A stretch of DNA of 64,000 bases from Paraspadella gotoi (lineage: Eukaryota; Animalia; Chaetognatha): contig CM119269.1 in assembly GCA_051294375.1 (NCBI GenBank), positions 21,189,665 through 21,253,664 of the forward strand, written 5' to 3'. Shown one piece after another: positions 43,501 to 62,712 of the stretch. The notes under the pieces were generated by a model. The model ran no database searches and was not told the origin of the DNA. It was given only the letters and a program-made list of their open reading frames with translations. Position 1 is the stretch's first letter; each line of letters opens with the position of its first letter. The translations under genes were made by a program, and so were the position numbers.

Positions 43501-46500
43501 GTAATCGATATCATACGAAATCTTTAAATCTAATAAAAACAAAACATCAAATGTAAATATCACACTAAATACTTAATTCTCGTATAATAATAATGATAAA
43601 AATTATTACACAAACAAACTTTTTTTCACACGAGTTCAAAATCATACCTATAAAAATGAATTTTTAGGGTACTCATTTATTCATTGGTCTGCATTACCAT
43701 TAAAGTTTATAAACAATTCTTAAAAGTATAGTGATCTCGCTAGACGTTACTATAAAAAAAAATGAAAAAATCCAGAAAAAATGATTGATGCGATAACGAA
43801 TTATTAATGTAATAGTAATTAATTATTAATATTGATGCGATGATAACCAAATGATAATCAATTATTGATGCGATGATAGTCATTCACTGCTGTGATGATA
43901 GTCATTCACTGATGCGATGAAAGTCATTCACTGATGCGATGATAGTCAATCATTGATGCGATGATAGTCATTCACTGATGCGATGATAGTCATTCACTGA
44001 TGCGATGATAGTCATTCACTGATGCGATGATAGTCATTCACTGATGCGATGATAGTCATTCACTGATGCGATGAATCATTCATCTTAAATAAAACATATG
44101 TGCATAAGTGAGAGAAAAAAAGAGAGAAAGAGAGATTATTCCAGACGCTGCAGAGCTTAACTCGTTCTTCGACGAATCAGAATTCATAAAAATTTTATAA
44201 ATAAAACAAACAAATACATGTAGCAGTATGAAACAGAAAAATTTAAACGACCTCAATGATGAGAAGCCATATCTAAATTTTTAGCATCCTATGATATCGC
44301 ACTTATACAAGAATCAATCATAATTCGTAGTAATTTTTATTTATATAAGAAAAACGTGACGACGACGACGGCATAAAGAAGCAATACTAAACGATTATCT
44401 ACGCCCAAGACGGTCTTAAGCCCGTCTGGCGAGATAAAAACTATATTATCCATTTACGCTAGTCTAATTTTAGCGACAGAGCTATACTCTATAGCGAAGT
44501 TGCGGCTTATAACAAAATAGAAGCGGTAAAGACACTTTTTTGGCTGGTACAAAGGGAATTAAAACTGATAATTGGTTTTATTCTCCCAAGGCCGAGTTTA
44601 ATAATATTGATTTTTGAACGCAGCTTGGCTTTAAATAATTATTTAGCTATTACCGACGGTAATAAAAAAAACCTATGAAGACTTACATAATGTAATTTTG
44701 CCAAACCTGGGAAAAAATTATTTTAATCATCAGGAGATGATCCCAAGAAATAGCAAAACAATACCTAATAAAGAGCAAAGAAAGGGGAAAGAACTTTCGG
44801 TAGGATAGAAAAATCTGCCCCGACCCAAGACAAGGGGTGGGGAGGCACTTGATGCGTCTCCGCCATGCACCGCAACAGGTATTACTCGTCGGTTTCCGCC
44901 GGCCCCCGAAGGAGGCGGCCAAACTGGATCGTGGTTGCCGGCTTGAAGGTAGCCTGTCCCGGAGCTGACCCCTCCAGTCCCGGACCACCTCCCTCCCGTC
45001 CATCCACCGACGCGATGGCGACCGGAAACGTCTTTGACACCTGGCGTCCATCGATCCTTACCCCCAGAGGAATGCGCCGCCGAGGAGGCTGGACGAGAAG
45101 GTTGTTCGCGGTGCCACGGATACTCGTCGATGTTGTAAACTTTGGAACTGATGAGGCCGTTCCCCCCAACGACATGGTGGCCGCCGGCAATCATCGTGGT
45201 CGCGCCCTTGACACCGGGTCGGCCCGATGAGGACGAAGAGGACACGAGAAAAGGCTGAGGCTGCTTCGACGACGAAGATCCGTAGTCGAATTCAGGAGGC
45301 GGGTGGTTTTTTTTTGACGGAACGGAAGACTCTCCGCCGACGTAAGTGCGGCCTCCAGGAAAGGGGGGGACGATAGCGGGGGGGTGGTTTTCGCCGCGAT
45401 GATAGAGTGAACCCGGAAGCCCCGAACCAGCAACCTGATTGAAACGGTTGGAACTTCCCGCGAAAGTATGGTGGTGAGGGTTGTAGTCCCAGGCGTCGAA
45501 GCGATCGTGAGAGGAGGAAGAAGGGTACGAAGGAAACGAGGAATGGGAGGCGGCCGATGAAAACGACGAAGGGTTCTTTTTTTCTGGTTGGGCACCGTTA
45601 GTCGTATCCTCGTTGTCGCGAGAAAAGTAGGTTGTAAAATAAGGCGGAAGTGGAGGCGGAGGCGGCGACGAAGAGGAAAGCTGCTCATTTTGCTCATCGG
45701 CGGGGGGAGAGAAAAAGCTCCGGTAGGCAGAGGTAGAAGACGGCGACGGGGAGGATGAGGCCGAATAATAGGGTGGATGCCCGTAAGCCGAAGAAGGCTC
45801 GTCGAAGGGACGCGAACTTCGTTCAGACGCCGTGTCTACACCCGCTCGAGGAGGAGATTCCGGCGTTCGTTTCTTCATCGGCGTCAACGGAACCTTCTTT
45901 TCCGTTCCGTACAAGATCAAAGTCCACTCTTTTAATCTTGGAACTCGTTCTTTTAGTTTACGGCAAGTTATAAATTTTTAGGGGCAGTTTGTTTTTATTT
46001 TTTTGTTAATTGCATAACAGAATAAAAGGTTGATTATATACATAAAAAACATTGGTTACGAAATAGTAGACGATAACATAGAAAAATTACGGAAACATGC
46101 AAAACGACAGGAAATTTGGGATTTCAGGCAAGAAGGAAATTGAAGAAATGTTGCAGATGTGTCATCACAACGATTTTTGGTTGAAAAGGATTGCAGGAAG
46201 AAAGAATGAAAGACGTGTGAAAAACAAATTGACAATTTTAGAAAAGAAAATATGACGGTGCGTTGATATATAAAGAAAAACTTTATTATCCTCTTCACGG
46301 TCATCCAACAACCGTCATCCATCCGATCCCCATTACTGACAATCCGACGAATGATTGACTGTTCTCACTGTACTCACTTGTAGTTCCCCAGTTTCGAATT
46401 TCCAGCTTCCATTTTCCGTAAGAGGTTTCGCCCCACGTGTGAGTAGACATAAAGGGCCAATCGACAAACCCGTCCCGAGACAAGTCCCGCGGTCGTCTAG

Positions 46501-49500
46501 TAGTAGTAATAATAATAATAATTATGATACAAATTTAAAAATATGTAAGTACATATAAACACATTGCAATAATCGTTGGAATCCTTAAAGGGAACTCAAA
46601 TATCGAAAATCTTATAGCTTTATATTTAAGCATTTACAAATAATATACAAGTCAACATAAGGACAACAGGTTGAACATGCAATAGGCTGTTTTTAAAAGG
46701 ATTTGTAAATACGTAATCTCGATGGTTTAAAATCACCTTGCTAAAAGACAGCTCCTAGTCCCGTGGGGGGAAATTAAAAAGATCTCGAGCTCGCCGCGGC
46801 GCATCGCCGAGAGGGTGATTCGCGCCTGTACGTGCTCCAAGTATTTAACGTGTTGACGATGAGAGCGCGAGTGACGGCAACCGTCCACGTTGAGGTCGAA
46901 AGTCTGTTTTCCGTTCGCGGGAATGTTTCTGAAAAATTGAACACCGGTTACAGTAGTACATGGTATCGGAGACAATCTCGGAATATCTCCAACAAGAAGA
47001 GCGTTCACTTAATTTTTCACTCAACTGCAATACAACATTTCAAGTTTAACGTGGTCCTCCATCCACTTTGTTACCGTAAAAAATTACACATTTCTGAAGT
47101 ATAATATTGTAAATAACCTGTTTCTATCAGAGCTCGTGATCTTGCAAACGTGCTGAGGAGGAACGAGCGTCCAGTTGGCCGCTAACACAGCCATGGCGGC
47201 GGCATCCATTAATCCATAGCCGAACCAATGGGATACCTTTCGATTGACGCCATTTGTCACCCACTCATCTGTGACAAGGTTTTCTGGTCGAGCACTGAAA
47301 TGAGGAAAGGTTAAGCTCGAAATGGCGAAAGGTGAAATATTAAAATCTCGATCCATCATCGATCAAAATCTGATTGTAGTGATAATATAATTATATAAAA
47401 GCCTTATAAACCTGAGTATGACAATGTGCTGCAAATCTCGCCAAGTTAAGTTTCGGTTGGCCTGTAGTGCAAGAGCACAGATTCCTGCTGCTAGGGGAGC
47501 AGACGCTGACGTTCCTGTGTGGGAGTTGGTACACCCTTTGTTCAAATCCGTTGTAACCTGTAACAAAGTAAGGCAGCATAAATAACAAGCAAGCATGAAA
47601 CTGGTTATTTCCAAAATAACTTTTAGCCAATTCGACTACGTGGATTACGGAAACTATTATCGACTACTAATAGAGCTAATAAAACTGACGGACGTATGGA
47701 TGCAAATGGCAGATATAAATTTGATTAAAATGAAGAAAAACAACAAAGATAAAGTATTCATTTTTCTTCAGAAACTAATAAAAATTGAACAAAAGAAAAT
47801 GTCTCCCACCACCCCTGCTCTTCTCTCGGCATTTACATGCATTTCTGGGACTCGCAAAGAAAAAGGTCAAAGTCGCTTCGTTCGTCTCTTTCATTCGGGA
47901 AACATTGAAAAGCAAGAAAGGAAAGAAATGTCGAGCCAGTAAACTGGAAGGAAGGAATTTCGTCTGGCTCGAAAGGGAAAATCCGCAACCGAAGGAGGCG
48001 TTTGAAGAGAATTTTCTCCGCCAGTGTAAAATGCCAGGGAAAAGAAGAGACTCACTATTTGTTTTTCCCTCGGCGACCCTGATGAATACGTGGACGCAAG
48101 TGTCGAAGAACAGGCCTCGGAATACCTGAAAAAAAAAAAAAAAACACGAAAAACGGATTAACCTCCAACATTCAAGGAGTCTGGAATTCAAATCGATTCA
48201 AATCCGATGAGGAGAAAAGTCGACGACGTCCAAATAAATTTAAATTTAAGTAATTTTAAATTTATTAAAAAATAATTTTAAACGTACGCAATCATGAGAG
48301 ACGGTTAAAAACTATCATAAAATTATTCGGAGAAAATCTCTACTAGAAAATAAGGAAGAAAAGGTGAATTTTCTGTATTTCTGAGTCAGTAATAGGCCCT
48401 TTCTCGAAAATCTCACCATGGAATATTTCCCGACTGGGTGGCTGAAGAGATAGAGAGCGTGTATATGGAGTTGGTGTACCCGTCACAATTGCAAGAGTCT
48501 TTGTCGCGACCGCCGTTTCCGGACGCCCAGACAAAAATAGACCCTTTCCCCCCGCGACCCTAGATAAGGAAAAGTAAAAAATAAATAAATTTGAAAGTCA
48601 GAGACGAACGTACTAACTCCACCTTAACTATAAAAGAATAAGGGAGTAGGGGTGAAAAAGAGAGAAATCCCAGATGACATTGTCGTTTTCTCTTTCCTAA
48701 AACATTTCCTATTCATCCAAATGGAAATGCAATTTGCAGAAATGAGTTCGTGATCCTCGGATTTCGTGTCCGATTGTTGCATATTGTTCTAGGTAATCGT
48801 CATTCCAGGGATCGCATGAGAAAACGAAACCCGAAACAACCATGGTCAATTAGGAGTTATCGCTTATTTCATCTCTTTTTTAGGCTCAGGAGAAGAGACA
48901 GGAGGATAATCTTAACTTAAAGCCAGGGGAACAATGACAGTATTTTTTTGGCTGCTAGACAGGGCTAAAGAAGTTACGAATCTTTGTCATCGTTAGCGCA
49001 GTTAGGTCCTCCTATTTTAACTTACATGATCTACTTTACCTTAACTGGACCATAGAGCATCGCCGTAACAGAGAAAAACGCTTACCATGTTGACTCCGTC
49101 TTGAAAAGCCTTCTCGGCCAGTTTGGCGGGGCCGTCGACAGTTCGTCCGTCGTCATCCGGCCCCCACGAGGCGGAGTAGATATCGATGTGTTGCGGGTTT
49201 AAGGACAGGCTCTGCGCCTCCACAGCGTCCGTGACGTCACCATCTAACATGCGGACGCCTGGAGAAATAAAGCATGGAATCTTACTGTTGGCATTAGGGG
49301 CTTCCGACCCTCAGTGGCGCCGCCTGTCACTGGCGCGGTTACCCTAGGACGTTCTCGCTTTGCCAACGCAGAGGGAAAACGTTAGGACTGTGGATGGAAC
49401 GCAATGCCTGGGATGGTGCGTTCCCCCTCTGAGCCAATGGGATTGGATGAACGATGGTGGATGTGACGCGGTGTGAATATACCGCCACAATAGAATAAAA

Positions 49501-51555
49501 TAGTGCAATTGCTTTCAATACATTGGTTCTATTGGCTTGCAGGAAAGCAAGCAATACCTGGCTTACTTTAAGGACTTTCACACAAGTCATCACGCTGTTC
49601 AATCACGGTCGGTGAATATTCATCCACGCACCTCCGATGCTTGCGTCGTAGGCGACCCCAACGATACAGATGTTGTTGTCGGCAACGGCAGCCACTTCGC
49701 CCGCGCATCGCGTCCCGTGTCTAAAAAATATAGACGAATTTTTAGCAGGAGTAGATTAATAAAAATTCAATTGTTGTAAAAGAATGGAAACCTGTTCTCG
49801 TTGGTAAAATCGTATCTCGGCTGGGGATCGAAATCTTGCGCGTTTACGTCGTAAGAAGCCCTGCGAGTATAACAATTTTCAATGAAAAATCATGTCCGTT
49901 GTCAGCTTTTTGTCCTCGTCTTCTCGTTCGTCTTACTGAGGATCATAGTTGCGCTGCAAATCGGGGTGATCTTTTTCGATGCCGTCGTCCAGAATGGAGA
50001 CGACGACTCCTTTTCCGGTGTAGTTGAGGCGCCAGGCTTCTTCCACAGCCATATCTAAACCGTTCCCACGGTTCTGCAAAACGAAATTTGTGAAAATGAA
50101 ATGAACTGTAAACTGGGATCCTTTGGCTGCTAAATTCTCGGGATATCTCTAAAGGCGACGGTAGAACTTACTATTGTTGACGTTGATGTTAGTTTTGCTA
50201 TTCTGTTGTTTTTAGGTTATTGTTATTTATAATAAGCGCCTCCGTTTTAGATTTACCCATTCCGGTTATTTAGACCGCCTGGCGTTGGTCCAATTAACCT
50301 TATGTGTTCAGACAAAATCAACTTACCAAGTACCACATTTCCACCCATCGATTATCGTTGTATTTCAAATCGCGTTTTTTCCGTATTTTAATTTCTTGTT
50401 GTTCGTACCATATAATCTGTGAGTTACACACATAAAACAAACATGAAAGAAAACTACTTCATTCTTTATATTCCAGTCGTTACCTTAGGCTCGTGTCTTA
50501 TTCTTCTCATATATCTTTTTTGGATGGGTCTTGTTGAGCGTTTGGTAAGGCGACGGCATTTGTATAACCAAATGTTCGTATTTGGTATAACCTAGCAGCC
50601 ATAACGTAATCGAATCCTTTAATACTGTAATTATGTAGACCTACTAAGAGAAGAACAACCATACCTCTCTGATGAGTATTAGAGAGTGTTTATGAGCGAC
50701 GGCCTCGGCGTCCCGTCGGGTACAATGGGGCTTCAGTTCGACCACCACCTGATTCGAAAACACCCGCGGGGGTCTGCTCTCCAAGCGGCGAGTCGCCGAC
50801 ATCGAAAGGCCCGAGGCGGCGTCCGAAGCCGCGCTCTCTTGGAGGAAAGAGGCAGCGAAAATAAGCGCGAGTAAAAGCGTCGCCCCCGCAGAGGAGGAGA
50901 GGCCTATCACGACGTGGCCGGGGGAGCAGAATCTCGAGGAGTTTGCCGATGAAGCCGCAATCACCGACGACCGAGCAGAGTGACGACTTCGACGAGAGTT
51001 TTTTGCGACCGTCTTCGAGTCGTCGTCCGGTCTTTCGATCATGTCCGCCGGCGACGAAAAAAGCGAAGTGTGAAGCCGCGGGTGAAAAGGGGAGAAATTG
51101 TGACTAAGCGGGTCGGAGATGGAATCTCTCTTCACTGTAGACGAATGGCAGGGGTCTTCCGTCGACTCGGCGGCGAGAACATCGATCCCGTCACTTAAAT
51201 AATCTCCTTCTCGAGTCGATCCGATATTTTTTTCTGGCGAAGGCTCTTCCCCAAAATAGTAAAATAAGGAGGAGGCTTCGGGCGTCGGGCTCTCCAGAGT
51301 TTCCAACGAAACGCTTTCGTAGGCGAGGGCTTTGGTGAGCGACGGACGATGTCGTCGTCTGGCGAATCGTTTTGCGGCGTCGGCGGCAATAAGCCTACGT
51401 CGACGACCGCGTCGGTGACTTCGTCGGCGACGGCAGTGACGATCGTGAATGTCCTCGGACAGAGACGGGTAGTCCGACGCGACGATGACCGCGCGGCGTT
51501 TCAAGCGTTGGCGCTTGAAGCGAGAGGATTCCGCCGCGCGATCGCGATTCGGCAT
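40584..51555 (-). CDS. Furin-type proprotein convertase (S8B), isoform B (ends via exons 41997-41836 and 41122-40584)
   Basis: Prodomain ending RKKR; catalytic [14 protein letters not shown], oxyanion SGNGG, GTSASAP; P-domain YLEHVQ...RRGEL...FMSTHTWGE; [12 protein letters not shown]; C-terminal hydrophobic segment. Confidence 0.9.
43780..44440 (+). repeat. Helentron-like element with 22-bp minisatellite (tgatgcgatgatagtcattcac) and 3' hairpin end
   Basis: Tandem array at 43780-44080, then gatgagaagccatatctaaattttt and end motif ...agacgg..ccgtctggcgagataaaaa. Similar ends at ~25727-25759 and ~39772-39796. Confidence 0.65.
44730..45949 (-). CDS. Furin alternative terminal exon, isoform A (low-complexity S/P/G-rich region plus C-terminal hydrophobic tail)
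   Basis: Phase-1 acceptor gives [16 protein letters not shown] (last P-domain strand), then ~390 aa ending [17 protein letters not shown]. Confidence 0.85.
49279..49489 (-). mobile_element. Truncated solo LTR of the 20438-21180 element, in a furin intron
   Basis: Colinear similarity from actgttgg..gggcttccgaccctcagtg to gtgtgaatatacc.ccaca. Confidence 0.85.
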
Positions 51556-53279
51556 CGTCCCGACCTTTACAAGTGAAGGGAGGGAATGGATGCAGGCCTG
51601 GGGATAACGTCTCGCCGTGTAGTTATTTACGGAGTCTTCTTTCTTTTTTTTTCACCTTTTTTTTAACTTTAAGAATGTAAATATTTCATTTTTAATGTCA
51701 TATAGTAATTTTAACTAAAAGTTAAAAACATAATCATGGTATTGGATTTAGTATGTGACGTGATTTAAATGGAAATCACTTAATTTCACCGATTTTAAAG
51801 TTTTAACACGCTAGTCTCCGACATTTTATCGCTCAAAATCATCACTTCACTGCGTCGTTTATTTTTCCCGTATTTTCGCTCTTCTCACAAAATAAAAACT
51901 AAAAAAAGGAAAGAAAAATAAAAAAGTAACTGACTCGCACGCAAAAAAAAAAGAACTCGAAAAAGTGATTTTATTATGACAAGACTAGAAAAACATTTGG
52001 CAAAAAATGCGTAAAATGTTATCGACTGAAAATTACGAAACGCTTCTTTTCGACTCTTGATTAATTCACCGACGCATTGGTTCGGGCTTTTTTTGGCTGA
52101 TTTGGAAAATAAATCTCATTAACGTGAATGAAAAAAAAACAACAAAAACTCGGTGAATCTCGAATCTAGGAAACCCTAATTTCAATTCACTTGAAGTTAA
52201 ACAAGTTATAGACACAAATAAGAAAACATTAAAAATCTTTGAACCCGCACAGTACTCTATAATTTGCTACTTCAGCGTAGGCACCTGTTGCATTATTATT
52301 ATTTTTACCTTCTATCTTTTATTCTTTTTAACCCCTCATATAACTTTTGCGCTAATTCAATTTATTGGAGCGAGTTTTCTTTCGTAAGTTTTAAAAATTT
52401 TAAGCTATGTAAATCCCATTTAACTAATCCTAAAAATGTGTCACTTGTTCCGCATACGCTAGTTTGGGTCAAAAAAGGTATATATATATATTAATTATCG
52501 AAAAGCTCAGGCGTTAATATTTAAAGAATTGAAGAAACATTTTATACAAGCTCTACATGTCCTGGTTTTGATATAAAGTATATGTGAGGTTATGAAAAAT
52601 ATCGGCCTGTGTGTTATTATAGTTTTTACGTAAAAGGGTTAACCCTAATGAGGGGGTTAAGCTTAAAGGTTAGGTTAGGTTTAAGCTTAAAGTTATCTTA
52701 GTCTGAGTGAGCAATTGAATAGTATCTAAGAGGATAATTGGCAGCCAATATCTGTAGAGTAAAACGTTATCATGTAAACCATAATAAAATAAAAATTAAA
52801 TCTCTTCCGATATCAATGATAACACTAAGCGTAAAGAAGTCAGAACGCTTAAGCCAATACAAAAAATAACGCAGCGACGTAAAGCCAGATGAGAAAGGAA
52901 AGATAAAGCATTGCAAAGCCAGATGAGATCCGGAAGGATTCACACTTTCCTTTCTCCCTCTTCTCAGTCGGAGGCGGCGGCGGCGATCGAATGCAGAAAG
53001 ACGTTCCTTCTTCTTCTTCTTCTTCTTCTTCTCATTTTTTTTTTTATTTACGTCAGATTCGCCGAGATTTCGCCTTGGTGCAGTGCGAACATATCTCCGG
53101 CCTCCTTTTTTGACGATTGCATCGCTTTTTGCAGGAACCAACGAGAATTGCAATAGGCAATATTCGATCGAACGGAGGAAAAAGAAAAAGGGAACGAGGA
53201 TGGACGAACAATTGACGAGATTCAGTTGGAGACGACGACCAGGAGGACGACGACTACAACGACGACAGGGAAACAACCG

Positions 53280-53315
<36 letters not shown>

Positions 53316-54251
53316 GGGAGAGAGAGAGAGATTAGGAAAAACGAATGCCCTCCGGATGAAACGTTTACAGAATCGTAGTCTTAATAGATCATATCATTTT
53401 CCAGGGATAAAAATCATTTTTTCCAAGTATTTCTTCATTCATTCGTTTACTTATATTGTGAAAATCTTTCTTTCTTCGACGAATGATAAATTGTAAGATT
53501 AAAATTTTTAATTGTTTTTATTTTTACAGGAGTGGAAAAGCACCGCAGGAAAGCCGCGGCGGGCGTACGGAGAAGGCAGCGAAGGCTGGGGACGCTGCCG
53601 GCTACGAAACACGGCCGCCGCTGATCCGCCGTTGCTGCTGCCGACGCTGCCGCAGCGACAGATTCGCCCAGAAGAAGAGCGGCCAACCAAATGAGGTCCA
53701 TAAATGGGGGCGGGAGACGGGGAACCAAGGAACTGAGAAAACTGGGGATTTTCAGAATTATTTAGATTTTCTTGCTGGCGATTGCGAAGTTACTCTTCGG
53801 GCCAGATTTTTGGTTCTTTCACCTATAATTTTTACCGGAAGTTAAACGAAAGCATGTTTAATTTACAGTTATTTATATTTATATTTTATTATATTTATAA
53901 GTAAATAAATGCTGCAATATCGCAATTTAGAGAGTTACATAATGTTTCTTGACCATAAACGAACAAAAACTATGACAATAATAAAAATATAATAAGGTAT
54001 AGTTTAATGTGGTATCTTATCTATAGTATCTTATATTATTATAATATGAAATTGGTACAAAATAGTATGTTTTAATGTGAAGCATTGATAATCCCTTTAA
54101 AATTACTTTTCCCTAGCTACTTTTATGCAGCAGGTGCGGGAAAAAATAATCATCATTATAACTGTTGGTAAAAAGTTATCTGCGGCCACTTAGTGCTAGT
54201 AATAGTAATAGTAATAGTGAGCTCTTTCCAGGGCTACATTGTTCTCAGGAT

Positions 54252-54954
54252 TTAAAATTTAAATCGCCGCCATATTCGAATCCACAATTTTCGAATAGAG
54301 TTGGCAGAATGACGATGACTGGCGACGTAATTTTTGTACGATGCTACGGAATTCATGACTTTATCGTTCTCTATTCCAGGAATGTCTAATAATCTGATGC
54401 CGAGATGACGATGCGCGACAAGGCCTCCCACATAGACGTCCTCCAGTCTAAAGTAGGGAACGTCGACGGAGGCGCAGTAAATCTCGAGTCCCGTTCGTCG
54501 CGGGAGAAAGTAGGAGGGACCGAAAACGAACGGTGGGTATTTATCGTAGGGGTAGCGATTTTCGGGAACGTAATACTTAGATTTGGGATTTCGAATTGGG
54601 ACGTTGGCGGCCACTTTGCCTGCTATAAAGTGGTCCCCGCGTTGTTCGTGGATGACTCGAAGAAGATTAGCCACGTTGACAAACACGTCCTCATCCACCT
54701 TGAAGATAAAATGAGCGGCGTGGCAAAAAGTAGAAACCCACTTCAATCCCATGATGGTTTTCAACGAAAGATTGGCGTAGCTTTCGTCAAAGTTCTCCTT
54801 ACAAAAGGAAGAAAATCAAATTCTGACGTTAGTGGAGATACTGCATGATTAATGATTACAGTCACATACCTATTGATTAACGAACCATAACGTTTCTCTT
54901 GAGTCTTGATTCACAAAACAAAACAAATCAAAATCTTACAATTAATTAAAAAAC

Positions 54955-55049
<95 letters not shown>

Positions 55050-55776
55050 CAGACAGACAGACAGACAAAAAACCCACTTGAAGAATGTCGCGGTGCAACG
55101 TGCTTTCGGTGGAGATCATCTGGTTAAGCAGCGGATTCTCCGAAATTCCAAACATAAAAATGGCGCGCACGCGCCCAGTATTGTTTCGCGTTACAGAGGC
55201 CCACGTTTTCCGAATGGCGTCCCGGTTGACGCGCGAGCGGGGGTGGGATGAAATCATCATCAACAGGAAGACTCTCTCGCCGCCCCGACAAAGGTTCGGG
55301 TTGTTAAGGACGATTTCGTACTCGTGTGGGTTGCAGCCGCAACACCGATCTGCGCGCCTTGACTCGGGGTCAAACATGGAAGCCGGCGTCGTTTTCGTTG
55401 CTTCCTCTCGATTGTTTATGCACAGACGCCTACCCGAGTAGAGAGACTTCCGACAGATGTCGCCGTTTTCCGGGATCGCAAAGTCGGCGTCATCGTCGTC
55501 GTCTCCAGATTTTCCCAGGGCGAGACCCATCGCCGAGATGCCGTCGTCAATCTTACCAATGAGATCGCTGCAAAATATGACGAAACCGACGACGGAGAGA
55601 AGCAGCGTCGGCTTGATGAACTGGCTCCATCGAGCAGGTCGACGAGGAAGCCATGAATAACGACGATCGGCGTCTCCGATAAGCGGCGTCGAGGGTTTTT
55701 TTACGACACCGCTTTTCCGCTTAGACGGTTCACTTTTCTTCTTTGGTTTTTTTTCTACGTTTTGTGCCATCATCAT
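54252..55776 (-). CDS. Beta-1,3-galactosyltransferase family (GT31), 2 exons (55776-55078, 54797-54252)
   Basis: Type-II TM, RDAIRKTWA, DILQ|ENFDESYANLSLKT, KVDEDVFVN, YPPFVFGPSY, EDVYVGG. The intron contains (GAAA)n. Confidence 0.93.
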
Positions 55777-56983
55777 TTGACCAGGTGATCGGTTCCGTGC
55801 GTTGCGTCTGTCTTTCGCGCTACATCGTATTTAAAATAAAAAGAATGTTGTGCTTTTGAGTCCATTATTTCAGACGCTGCGTTTCCGAGTTCCTCTTTTG
55901 CGCGCCACTCTAACTTTTCGTGCAACGAAGGTCTACAATGACGTGACGGAACAGCACGAATTCGATGAAAAAAAAAGACCAGAAAAAAAAATATTAATGG
56001 AAGTAAAGCAAAAAAGAAAGAAAAGAAAAACTGGGGATGGACGAATAACTTTTAGTTGCGGATTGACGGGGTTTAACAACTGGGTACATTTCAATTATTA
56101 GATCCTTTTAACTCCTCACGCAAATCACTCAGCGTTTTTCTTGTTTTCAAAAGCAAATAGTTTTTCATCCTGAGTTGGTTTAACTTTTAATGCATCATGC
56201 CATTGGAGTCTGAATTTTTCAAATCAATGCTCATTGCTCAATCAAATCAAAATGGATACGAATGCAGATTATAAAAAAATTAATGTTTCACACTTTTAGG
56301 TTTTTAGATTTGAAATATATATATATAATACGATGTCGTTCATTTTACGGTTAGAAAGCTGGGAATAAATTTACTAAAAATAAAAACTGTGCTTTTATGC
56401 AACTTTCCTTCACCATTTTCATAAATTATCAGACAGCAGAATTGTCTTTTTTCAGAGTCATTTTTAAAATTTTATACTTTATGACCTCTGCCACGATGAA
56501 AGGTAACTACCCGAATTCGAAAAAAAAAGAACACCCTAGAAGTTGAAAATCGGCAACCCGGTTTAGGAAAGAACTTCTCGTCTTAATGACTTAAATAATT
56601 AATGTCTCGGAACTTGAGGGCCGTCCCAAAAGCCATTACCCACCGAACAAAAAATATTTTTCTCTTACCGCGTTTTCACGCGATTTAAAAATATATATTT
56701 TGTCCCGAAACTTTTTGGCATGAAAAACCGAGATCTGGTCGCTTGGCAACGCATGAAGCTTTGATGAGAATAGTGTAAACGAGATCGAGCTGGTCAATCG
56801 GCTTTCTCTTGGAGATATTCTTCGATGGAGGATTTTTTTTAGCACAATTTAGTGTCTTCATTGACGCTTCAAACTTATTTCTAAACGGCGAAAGCACAAA
56901 TGAGGAGGAGGAGCAGCTGGTCCGGGCGCCCCGGTCGAGAGAGAGTCGCCGAGACGAGAGCGCTCTTCCGACCCGTCCGAGAG

Positions 56984-57022
<39 letters not shown>

Positions 57023-57052
57023 TTTTAATCGAAAACATTTTCCCTTCACCAG

Positions 57053-62712
<5,660 letters not shown>

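Noticed and set aside
43860-44075. CRISPR-like regular repeats
   Set aside because: Head-to-tail 22-bp units with no unique spacers, in a eukaryotic context with no cas genes.
53083-53845. Overlapping ORFs upstream of furin
   Set aside because: GC-rich and (GA)n promoter/UTR-like sequence with no recognisable domain; a + strand exon at ~53530 is possible but unsupported.
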